Part shown: piece by piece, positions 50,928-58,991 of the stretch
Numbering within the stretch: the first letter of the stretch is position 1
How the letters are laid out: every line of letters starts with the position of its first letter
Assembly (NCBI GenBank): GCA_024637115.1
Contig: JAGXFU010000014.1
Span: forward strand, 6,524 to 70,523
Source of the DNA: Actinomycetes bacterium
Lineage (GTDB): Bacteria > Actinomycetota > Coriobacteriia > Anaerosomatales > JAGXFU01
Direction of reading: 5' to 3'
DNA length: 64,000 nt
Notes under the pieces: generated by a model
Told to the model about the DNA's origin: nothing
What the model saw: only the letters and a program-made list of their open reading frames with translations
Database searches by the model: none
Position numbers and translations under genes: made by a program

Positions 50928-51677
50928 CTATTCCGCGATCGAGACTTCGTCGGATGCACCGAGCTTCTCAATCAAACCAGCCGCAAACATCCCGTAGAGG
51001 ATTCTGGCTGTCTCAAAATCGTTGTAGCCGGTCAACTCAACGAGCTCACGGACAGTCCTGCCACCGTGCAGGAAACACAAGAGCATCCACTCTTTGGGCT
51101 TCAGATGAATCTCCATGGACTTGTCGCCGGGGGCAGAGGCCATGATAAAACGTGTATCCATGGAGGGAATCTTCTGACGGATTCGATTCCACAGTTCAAG
51201 GCGACGAGCCGCCTCCATGATGATGTTCTCAACAGATACCGAGATGCCGATGTCCTCGTCTTCACACGCCTCATCGGCCTCGAAACGCAGCTCCCCCTCT
51301 TCCCAGCGAAAGAGATCGAACAGCGTGTCATTGATCTGCTCCTGAATGAAGTTCTCAAGTACTTTTGAATCGAGATAGCCCTCGTCGACAAGAATCTGAC
51401 CCAGCCGGCGATTGGCCTTTTCCTTCTTCTGAATCTTTTGCAGACCCAGTGCCTGACGCAACTGCTTCTCGGAGATGACGCCCGCCTTGACCAGGCGACG
51501 CCCAAGCGACTCCCGGTTCCAGTTGCTCGACGCAAAGAACACTCGGCCCTTCTTGATGCAGACCTTGCCTTCGGCATCCGGGCGCTCCATGTACAGCGTG
51601 CCGGTCTTGCGACCGGAAGAAAGCAGCCGAAACATGTCTTCGAGCGAAAAGTCCCTGAGATTGCCCTCGAGTGCCAC
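50928..51677 (-). CDS. DUF4388 (PATAN-like) protein with internal MshEN-like tandem motif
   Basis: LEGNLRDFSLEDMFRLL, KTGTL, LFRWEEGELRF; SLGRRLVKAGVI...ALGLQ and RLGQILVDEGYL...IQEQ. Confidence 0.85.
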   Translation of the reverse strand: MALEGNLRDFSLEDMFRLLSSGRKTGTLYMERPDAEGKVCIKKGRVFFASSNWNRESLGRRLVKAGVISEKQLRQALGLQKIQKKEKANRRLGQILVDEGYLDSKVLENFIQEQINDTLFDLFRWEEGELRFEADEACEDEDIGISVSVENIIMEAARRLELWNRIRQKIPSMDTRFIMASAPGDKSMEIHLKPKEWMLLCFLHGGRTVRELVELTGYNDFETARILYGMFAAGLIEKLGASDEVSIAE

Positions 51678-51769
51678 GCGCCGTCCTTTCGAGCATCATG
51701 AGAGGCCAAAACATGAGGCGTCAGCGTCGCGAGTCGATAGCACCCGCGCGGCCAATACGCCCTCTTTGA

Positions 51770-51797
51770 ATCCTAGCACGGCGCCTGCGCAGGTAAA
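51770..51797 (-). promoter_or_regulatory. Candidate promoter of the chemosensory operon
   Basis: TTTACC-16 nt-TAGGAT with a TG extension. Confidence 0.45.
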
Positions 51798-51898
51798 AGC
51801 ACTGTAAACGGCAGCAACACGCGGCGCGCGACGGTCCCCACCACTACGGCGTGTTCACAGCGGCACACGAGCGCTACACTGCACTCAAGGAGGCATCA

Positions 51899-52543
51899 AT
51901 GAGACGGCTCGTGGCTGCAGCGCTCGTGGCGACTGCCTTGGTCGGCATCGTCTGGCTGTCGCGCGCATCGCGCTCCCCGATACCGACCGGCGTGGCCGAG
52001 GCAACGCCTCCGGCACGCGAACCCTCTCGGCCGGAGCCTCGCATCGCCGAAAGCGACCAACAGCCTCTACCAGAGATACTGATCGACCCGGCCATTGTTA
52101 TCGAGAAGTCCACTCGCAGCCTTGTCGTGTACTCTGCCGGCGAGCCGGTAAAGAGATACCGTATCGGTCTCGGAGGGGCTCTCGTTGGCAACAAGAGCGC
52201 CGAAGGCGACGGGCGCACACCCGAGGGTGAATTCTACGTGTGCACCAAGAACGAGGAATCGCGGTTTCACCGTGCCCTGGGCATCTCGTATCCGAACGAG
52301 GAAGCCGCCGAACGCGGCCTTGCCGAAGGGATCATCAACAAACGGGAGTACCGGCAGATTATCGAGGCAATCGTACATTTCAGGCGCCCGCCCTGGAGGA
52401 CTGCCTTGGGTGGAGAGATCATGATTCACGGCAACGGTTCAGATAATGACTGGACACAGGGCTGCGTAGCTTTGACCGACGCCGAGATCGAAGAGCTGTT
52501 CATTGAGATCCCGCTCGGCACAATGGTCGAGATCAGGCCCTGA
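51899..52543 (+). CDS. L,D-transpeptidase (YkuD family), exported
   Basis: EGDGRTPEG, IMIHG, WTQGC; signal-like N-terminus; SD AAGGAGG. Confidence 0.9.
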   Translation: MRRLVAAALVATALVGIVWLSRASRSPIPTGVAEATPPAREPSRPEPRIAESDQQPLPEILIDPAIVIEKSTRSLVVYSAGEPVKRYRIGLGGALVGNKSAEGDGRTPEGEFYVCTKNEESRFHRALGISYPNEEAAERGLAEGIINKREYRQIIEAIVHFRRPPWRTALGGEIMIHGNGSDNDWTQGCVALTDAEIEELFIEIPLGTMVEIRP

Positions 52544-52552
52544 CCCAGAGTG

Positions 52553-53023
52553 CTACTTGCCCTCTTTGGCGTCGATGGATTCAATATCGAATGCGAGCGC
52601 AGTGAAGCTCTCCAGCCGACCTTCGAGCGCCCACGCTCGCGAAGCCCAGTAGCCGCTCGGATCATCTTCCAGGGATGCAACGAGGATCTCGATCGCATGA
52701 CGTTTCTCGTCGACGGTCCGCAATACGCGCATGGATCCTCGCATCACTACGGATTCGAAGGGATGCTCACACTCTCCTTGCGAGTAGCCGCCATCGACCA
52801 CAACCGTCCCGCACGCACGCGGATTCCTGGTGATCACGTCTAGTTTGTAGCCCTCGTGCGCCACATGAAAGAACAATGTGTTCGCAGCGGCATCGTATCC
52901 GTAACTCAGAGAAACCACGTACGGCTCCCCTTGATCTGACAGCGCAAATGTGGCGAAGCGACCCCGTCTCAGAATCGACTCTATATGTGTCTCGTCGGTG
53001 ATGCGCCTGTCCTGTCTGCGCAT
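52553..53023 (-). CDS. Pyridoxamine 5'-phosphate oxidase-like (NimA family) flavin-binding protein
   Basis: MRRQDR, PYVVSLSYGY, FFHVAHEGYKLD, FESVV. Confidence 0.88.
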   Translation of the reverse strand: MRRQDRRITDETHIESILRRGRFATFALSDQGEPYVVSLSYGYDAAANTLFFHVAHEGYKLDVITRNPRACGTVVVDGGYSQGECEHPFESVVMRGSMRVLRTVDEKRHAIEILVASLEDDPSGYWASRAWALEGRLESFTALAFDIESIDAKEGK

Positions 53024-53046
53024 GTGACAGCGGTGGCGTGGCCGCG

Positions 53047-53463
53047 TCACCGTGTCGCCACCACGCGAACGTCCGAGATTCGTGCCGCCAGACCCGTCTC
53101 AGGATCACCGGCGGCAAAGCCAAGCAAGAGCGGCCAAAACCCCAGGGATGAAGTTGCCGCCCACACGAACGCATGCGCGACACCAAGGCGCTTCTCTGAA
53201 AGGCCCAGTTCAAGAAGAAACATCGTAGGCGTGCGACCCCACGCCATGGCGAACACGGAGAGATAAAGCACATGCGTGACCACAACAGTTCCGACAATGG
53301 ATGCAACGAACACAGGAATCGGCAGTAGCTGACGCACCACCGGAAACGGAAATGCGAGCACCGCCAGCAAGAATGCGACGGCGAAATCGGAGATTGCTGA
53401 ATTCCTGACACGACGACGATCGGCGGGACCCACAGGAGTGAATTCGGACGGGCCTGCCATCAC
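53047..53463 (-). CDS. Small membrane protein (RDD-like)
   Basis: Three to four hydrophobic segments, WGRTP motif; overlaps its neighbours as if co-transcribed. Confidence 0.55.
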   Translation of the reverse strand: MMAGPSEFTPVGPADRRRVRNSAISDFAVAFLLAVLAFPFPVVRQLLPIPVFVASIVGTVVVTHVLYLSVFAMAWGRTPTMFLLELGLSEKRLGVAHAFVWAATSSLGFWPLLLGFAAGDPETGLAARISDVRVVATR

Positions 53464-54356
53464 TCACCACCTTCTTCTGAGACTCCCGGACGCGCCGCTC
53501 CAAGGGCAGAGAGCAGTTCAGACACTTCTCGTGCGGTCGAGAGGCCGCCATCATCGCACAGCAGGAATCCTCCGCGTTGTGCGCGTATCGCAGCCAGAGA
53601 ACCTGCCTGTAGCGCGGCTGGTCCGCCCTCGCGAACAGCGTCGCCGGAAATCCCACCGAGCACTGAGAGTCCCAGATTGTTGGCATGCGCGCAGAATCGA
53701 TCGAATCCACTGTCAGGTAGTCCGCCGGAATGAACGGCTACGAAACCTGCCCGTCGGGCCCCAGTGAGAAGCGCGCGAGTATCCCCATCCGTATGCCAGA
53801 TGGAGAGAAGTCCTTCCTCGGCAGCCGTGTCCACGATCGTCTGCAGCAGAGGGAACACGACGTCCGTCGCATGATCGGGCGCGATGAGCATGCCTTCTGC
53901 TCCCGCAAGATCTTCGGCCACCACGATTGCGGTGACCTGAAGGCGGGCTCCGCGACGGACGTACTCGGCAAGGTGCGGCAATTCCGCTCGCATGTCCTGC
54001 TTCAAAGCCTCTGGATCGCGCGCCGTTCGCCGCAGTGTCTCGGACCATCCATCTCGGGCTGCCACCACACCTAAAGGACCCGGGACTACCCATAGAACCG
54101 CTCCACCGGCCGCCGCGACTCGATCGGAGGCTTCGTCTGCCCATATCTCCCACGCAGGCACGAACACGAAGTCGAGGTCTGCCTGGTCAACGAGTGCCGC
54201 GAGCAGTCGGGGCATATCGTGCGCCACGCTCCATCTCAGGCCCGCCAGAGCATCGTGATCGAGGAATGTCGCCCCAAAAGGCACACTCGGTCCTCCGACC
54301 AGAGCATCGTGCACACGACTCTCCGCTTCTGTTCGTGCCAGATCAGCGCGTGCCAT
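53460..54356 (-). CDS. Uroporphyrinogen decarboxylase/MtbA-fold protein of unknown function
   Basis: AEDLAG..GMLIAP, VFPLL, IWHTDGD, VLGGI; SD GAGG before ATG 54356. Confidence 0.7.
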   Translation of the reverse strand: MARADLARTEAESRVHDALVGGPSVPFGATFLDHDALAGLRWSVAHDMPRLLAALVDQADLDFVFVPAWEIWADEASDRVAAAGGAVLWVVPGPLGVVAARDGWSETLRRTARDPEALKQDMRAELPHLAEYVRRGARLQVTAIVVAEDLAGAEGMLIAPDHATDVVFPLLQTIVDTAAEEGLLSIWHTDGDTRALLTGARRAGFVAVHSGGLPDSGFDRFCAHANNLGLSVLGGISGDAVREGGPAALQAGSLAAIRAQRGGFLLCDDGGLSTAREVSELLSALGAARPGVSEEGGE

Positions 54357-54432
54357 GTCCTCAAAAGGCGAGTCGAATACATCGCACGCGCCGAGTTCCG
54401 AATCGAAGATGTCGCGATCAGCGAACATCGAT

Positions 54433-54897
54433 CTAGAACAGACCTATGCCGGCGAGCACGCCCTCGGAGAGAGCCCACATGATTCCAAACGCCAGCAGCA
54501 CGCCAAGGACGACTCCCGCGAGAGCGCGGTGCCACTCCATGTCGAGCATCCAGGCAGCGAGCGAACCCGAGTACGCTCCCGTTCCTGGCAATGGAATGCC
54601 AACGAAGAGGGCGAGCCCAAGGACACCCCACCTCTCGACCTTGGGACCGGCCTTGTGGCGAATCGATTCCAGCTTTCGATGCAGCCAGGAGCCTTCGGGG
54701 ATCAAGTGGTAGACCCAGCCACTAATGAAGTAGACAGGAAAGAAGATGATCATGTTCGTGAGAACAATGATCGGAAAGTAGAGTTGGTCTCCCTGCTGAA
54801 CAGCCAACGGTACGGCACCGCGCAGCTCAACCCACGGTACGAACGTGAGCACGATGTACTTGAGGTACGGCGGTAGGCCCGCAACCAGGTCTTCCAT
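54433..54897 (-). CDS. Small multi-drug export family membrane protein (COG2426)
   Basis: PWVELRGAVP, LFVGIPLPGTGAYSG; SD AAGGAG. Confidence 0.88.
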   Translation of the reverse strand: MEDLVAGLPPYLKYIVLTFVPWVELRGAVPLAVQQGDQLYFPIIVLTNMIIFFPVYFISGWVYHLIPEGSWLHRKLESIRHKAGPKVERWGVLGLALFVGIPLPGTGAYSGSLAAWMLDMEWHRALAGVVLGVLLAFGIMWALSEGVLAGIGLF

Positions 54898-54978
54898 GGA
54901 ACTCCTTCGTATACGAACTGTGACTGCGCAACACATTGCGCGACAGTAGGATTCTAACGGAAGCCACCGGGGAACGAC

Positions 54979-56691
54979 TCACAATCCAGTGGTGGCGCCT
55001 CCGAGATCTCGGATCAATGCCGCGAGATCAGATGAGGGAACCTGCAAATGGTACCCCTGGCCAAGTTCAAAACCGGCGTTACGTACCCGCTCAAGAAGCC
55101 CGGCGTCTTCGACCCATGAGGCTACTGCGACGTGACCCTGAGACTCGATAAGGCCGCGCACGGCTTCAACGAACGTGGCGCTCTCACCGTCAACCGAAAG
55201 AGCTGTGATAATGGAGCCGTCAAGCTTTACCTGATCGAACGGCAGCTCCCGAAGCAGTCCGAACAGACCCAGGCCTGCACCGAATTCATCAAGCACGAAA
55301 CTACACCCCAGCCTTCCGAGGCGATCGATCCAGTTTCGGGCGGAGGCCAAATTGCCCACCACGGCTGACTCCGACATCTCGAAGACGAGTCGGGATGGAT
55401 CGACCCCCTGCCTTCGTAGTTCTTCATCTACGTAGCGCGGGAGCGAATCATCTGCGAGGTCACCATGCGACAGGTTGATGGAGAGCGCCGCGCCCTCGTT
55501 GTCAGACAGCGAGCGAATTGCCATTCCAATGACGAGACGGGTGAGTCGCGGCATGAGCCCGAGTCGCTCGGCAGTGGGCAGGAACTCGGCCGGCATAATC
55601 ACATCGCCGCTTGGCGAAAGCATCCGGACGAGCACCTCATAGTACGCAACGCGGTGATCCGACAGACGAATGACGGGCTGATAGTGAAGAACGAACTGCT
55701 TGTCGGCGAGCGCCTCACGCAAGCGCCCTATGATGCGGTCGGCATCGCCGTCATCTTTGGCATCTTGCGAGTCAAGAATGCAGACTTGGTTGCGGCCTCG
55801 CTCTTTTGCCTGATACATGGCCACATCGGCCAAGTCAAAGACCGCGCGCGCCTCAAGCGCTCCATCAACAAGTACCAATCCTGCGGATATCCCAAGGCCG
55901 ATCTCTCGCGACCGCGTCACGAATTCCTCCTCGGTCGCTGCCCGACGCATTCGCTCGGCGACGCTCTCAGCCTCAGGAAGATCAGTCTGCTCAAAGAGCA
56001 CGGCGAACTCATCTCCGCCAATGCGAGCAAGCAGGTCTCCGGAGCGCACATGCTGGCGGAGAAGCAGCGAGAAGTTGACTAACGCCTGATCGCCAGCCAG
56101 ATGACCGAGCGAGTCGTTGTACGACTTGAAGTTATCGACATCGAGCATGAGGAGTACCGCCGGGGTTCCGCGTCGCGCACGCGACACCGCCCGAGAAAGC
56201 GACGATTCGAACATCCGACGGTTTGGCAGACCGGTGAGCGAATCATGTGTGGCCATATACGCGAGTTGCTCTTCGCGCTGCCTGCGCTCGGTCAGATCGA
56301 GACACATCCCGACAAGACCGTCGAAATCTCCGGCTTCGGTGTGAAACGGACTCGTAAAACAGACGAACCAGCGATATTGTCCGTCGGCACGTCGCAACTG
56401 GAATTCGGTTTGGAAGGGCTGGTGCCGCACCACGGCATCCTTGATGATTCGCTGAAGCTGTGTCCGATCCTCAGGAAGCACCCGGCCAAGAAGGTCAGCG
56501 TCCTCGTCGTCCACATGCGGAGCACCTGTGAACTCACGCCATGCGCCGTTGACGAACACGAGCTCCCCGCGCCAATCGGTCATCCATGCAAGCAACGGAA
56601 GACCGTCAAGGAACCGATGTAGGGAGTCTATGAACTCTCCGACGCCGGAGAGTTCCGGCGCGTTTTGTACCTCATCGTCCGATCCGAACAT
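54979..56691 (-). CDS. PAS-GGDEF-EAL protein (intact cyclase, degenerate EAL)
   Basis: PAS/PAC, DSLTGLPNRR, RSGD I-site, GGDEF; EAL domain EVLVR, DEFGAG, ASWVE. Confidence 0.92.
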   Translation of the reverse strand: MFGSDDEVQNAPELSGVGEFIDSLHRFLDGLPLLAWMTDWRGELVFVNGAWREFTGAPHVDDEDADLLGRVLPEDRTQLQRIIKDAVVRHQPFQTEFQLRRADGQYRWFVCFTSPFHTEAGDFDGLVGMCLDLTERRQREEQLAYMATHDSLTGLPNRRMFESSLSRAVSRARRGTPAVLLMLDVDNFKSYNDSLGHLAGDQALVNFSLLLRQHVRSGDLLARIGGDEFAVLFEQTDLPEAESVAERMRRAATEEEFVTRSREIGLGISAGLVLVDGALEARAVFDLADVAMYQAKERGRNQVCILDSQDAKDDGDADRIIGRLREALADKQFVLHYQPVIRLSDHRVAYYEVLVRMLSPSGDVIMPAEFLPTAERLGLMPRLTRLVIGMAIRSLSDNEGAALSINLSHGDLADDSLPRYVDEELRRQGVDPSRLVFEMSESAVVGNLASARNWIDRLGRLGCSFVLDEFGAGLGLFGLLRELPFDQVKLDGSIITALSVDGESATFVEAVRGLIESQGHVAVASWVEDAGLLERVRNAGFELGQGYHLQVPSSDLAALIRDLGGATTGL

Positions 56692-56770
56692 CCACGCGTC
56701 CCCTCCTCACGGGCTCGCAGATTCCGCGCATAGATGATTCCCGCCATGGACGGGTCTCACACGAACGCAC

Positions 56771-56801
56771 AAAAGCCCACCCCGAATCAGGGCAGGCTTT
56801 T
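56771..56801 (-). terminator. Terminator after tmRNA
   Basis: AAAAGCCTGCCCTG-ATT-CGGGGTGGGCTTTT. Confidence 0.8.
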
Positions 56802-56809
56802 GGGATATG

Positions 56810-57163
56810 TGGTGGAGGTGGCGAGAATCGAACTCGCGTCCGCCAAGACACCCTGGGAAGCATCTCCAGGCTCAGTCACCGGAGGAGTCTCGGCATCTAC
56901 ACAACCCGGTGACCCGCGGTGTAGATGCCATAGCGGTTCGATCTTAAGCAGCGACATACCGCCCACGTTCGTTGCAGCAGTCCCCTGTAATGGCGCCTAC
57001 TCCGGTGACGGGGACTCTCACCGGGTCGGCGTCGCTACACTATTTAGGCAGCGAGTGCGTAATTGTTGTCGACGCTTGTCGACTTGTGCCCCTGTTTAAC
57101 GAGGTAAGGCGACCTCGGCCTGCTTCTTCCCTCAGAATCATGACGTCGAAGCCAGTCACCCCC
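56810..57163 (-). ncRNA. ssrA: tmRNA; tag peptide probably (A)VDNNYALAA
   Basis: 5' GGGGGTGACTGGCTTCGAC, 3' GGTTCGATTCTCGCCACCTCCACCA-like TLD end; tag ORF ends GCA CTC GCT GCC TAA (57044-57073); next to smpB. Confidence 0.95.
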
Positions 57164-57278
57164 ACATGGGCGACACCGACGGTGTCAAAGAGCGCCCGAC
57201 CACCACGGTCGGAACACGAAGTATATACCCTGGAGCGACAACGCGCCTGTCGGGTAGCCGACAGCGGCCTGCGCAGAT

Positions 57279-57749
57279 CTAGCCGTCCTTCTGGCGATCG
57301 CGCAGCGCCCGCTGCATATCGCGGTTCTGGTCTCGTTCGGCAATCGTTGCACGCTTGTCATACTGTTTTTTGCCGCGCGCGAGTCCGATCTCGATCTTGA
57401 CCCGATTGTCCCTGTTGAAATACAGCCGCATCGGAACCAGCGTATTGCCGCGCTCCCGCGTCTTGCCGATCAGATAGCGAATCTCTTGCTTGTGGAGCAG
57501 CAACTTGCGGTCCCGATCAGGGTCAACGTTGAAGCGGTTGCCGTGGCTGTACGGCGAGATATGCATCCCATGGATGAAGACCTCTCCCCGCTTCACGTAT
57601 GCGTAGCTCTCACGCAGGTTGCATCCACGTTCGCGAAGCGACTTGACCTCGGTTCCGGTCAGCGCAAGACCGGCCTCGAATACCTCATCGATGAAGTAAT
57701 CGTGCCGCGCCTTCTTATTAACCGCTATCTGTCGCTCTTCGCGCGCCAT
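57279..57749 (-). CDS. smpB: SsrA-binding protein
   Basis: NKKARHDY, GTEVKSLR, RKLLLHK, GKKQYDKR. Confidence 0.97.
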   Translation of the reverse strand: MAREERQIAVNKKARHDYFIDEVFEAGLALTGTEVKSLRERGCNLRESYAYVKRGEVFIHGMHISPYSHGNRFNVDPDRDRKLLLHKQEIRYLIGKTRERGNTLVPMRLYFNRDNRVKIEIGLARGKKQYDKRATIAERDQNRDMQRALRDRQKDG

Positions 57750-57797
57750 ATTCCAACCTGCCGAGGTGACCTGTCGCTGTCGTGGGCGGTAAATCAT

Positions 57798-57830
57798 AGC
57801 ACGCACGCGAGATCCTCTCGCGTGCGTGCT
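57798..57830. repeat. Perfect 15-bp inverted repeat over the smpB promoter region
   Basis: AGCACGCACGCGAGA-TCC-TCTCGCGTGCGTGCT, abutting the extended -10 TGCTATGAT on the minus strand. Confidence 0.8.
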
Positions 57831-57851
57831 CGTCGCTATCTGAGGTCGGCG

Positions 57852-58913
57852 CTACGGTGTGAAATCCGTGCCCGGCTCGAGTCGCAGTACGAATGATGCG
57901 AGTAGCTTGGCAGTATTCTCAAGGTCCTCAAGGGACAGGACCTCCGAGGGTGTGTGCATATAGCGCAAAGGCAGGCTCACCAGCGCGGCGGCCTTACCAC
58001 CGCGAGAAAGCTGGATCGCGTTCGCATCGGTTCCGGTGCCTCGCGGCTCGCCGTCGAGCTGATACGGAATATTTTCCGCCTCGGCTGCCTCCACCAACAA
58101 CTCGAACACGCGCGGATTGATATTGGCACCGCGCGTGATGATGGGACCCGATCCGCAGGTAGCCTCGCCATGCTTGCGCTTGTCGACGTCCGGATAGTCT
58201 GTTGCGTGGCCGACCTCCACCGCAATGCCGATGTCAGGATTCACCCCGTACGCCGAAGTGATGCCCCCGCGAAGCCCGATCTCTTCTTGAACGGTGGCCG
58301 CAGCAACGACGTCACCCTTGCAGCCGCCCGCTTCTTTGACGAGACGAAGCACCTCGGCACATGCCCACGCGCCCATCTTGTCATCGAACCCGCGCGCGAC
58401 AGCCATGTTGGCGCCGAATTCCTCGAGTCCCACATCGAACGTGATGGGGTCTCCGATACGCACGACTCGCTTGACATCCTCTGCCGGAAGACCGAGATCG
58501 ATGAACATCTTGTGCATCTTGGTGACCTTCTTGCGCTCTTCTTCCTCGAGCAGGTGGATGGGCATCCGACCCAGCACACCGAGCAGTGCACCCTCGGACG
58601 TGTGAACCCGAACACGCTTGCCGGGCAAAACGTGCGGATCGACTCCGCCAACCGGCTTGAACGCAATGTACCCATCATCGGTAATGTACGTGGCCATCAG
58701 GCCGATCTCGTCGATATGACCCGCAAGCATTACGACAGGACCGTTGTCGCTGCCCCGCAGTAGCGCATGGACCGAACCCATCACATTGGTCTCGACCGCA
58801 TCTGCGATTGGCGTCACGTACTCACGGTATACTGCCGCTGCCGGCTGCTCATAACCGGACGGCGATGGGGCTTCAACGAGGCTCTTTAGGAATTCGAGTG
58901 ACTCAGAACGCAT
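57852..58913 (-). CDS. M42 family metallo-aminopeptidase
   Basis: AGHIDEIG, FDDKMG, VQEEIG, GTGTDA, RYMHT. Confidence 0.93.
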   Translation of the reverse strand: MRSESLEFLKSLVEAPSPSGYEQPAAAVYREYVTPIADAVETNVMGSVHALLRGSDNGPVVMLAGHIDEIGLMATYITDDGYIAFKPVGGVDPHVLPGKRVRVHTSEGALLGVLGRMPIHLLEEEERKKVTKMHKMFIDLGLPAEDVKRVVRIGDPITFDVGLEEFGANMAVARGFDDKMGAWACAEVLRLVKEAGGCKGDVVAAATVQEEIGLRGGITSAYGVNPDIGIAVEVGHATDYPDVDKRKHGEATCGSGPIITRGANINPRVFELLVEAAEAENIPYQLDGEPRGTGTDANAIQLSRGGKAAALVSLPLRYMHTPSEVLSLEDLENTAKLLASFVLRLEPGTDFTP

Positions 58914-58991
58914 CAAAACGCCTCCTCTGTGGATATGCAAACGATGCTCAGTGTACGACTAGGGGACGGCATGTGTCACCGACAGAAGATC

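Noticed and set aside
51678-51770. c-di-GMP riboswitch in the che operon leader (also checked upstream of the TasA-like gene)
   Set aside because: Only modest hairpins; no GEMM-I (GGCAAAC...GAAA...GACGCAAAG) or class II core found
54357-54428. N-terminal repeat DIFDSELGACDVFDSPFED of the UroD-like ORF
   Set aside because: Probably non-coding; an SD-supported ATG at 54356 follows it
54979-56810. Genomic island integrated at the tmRNA 3' end
   Set aside because: No integrase or duplicated ssrA 3' end was seen, and a normal terminator follows directly
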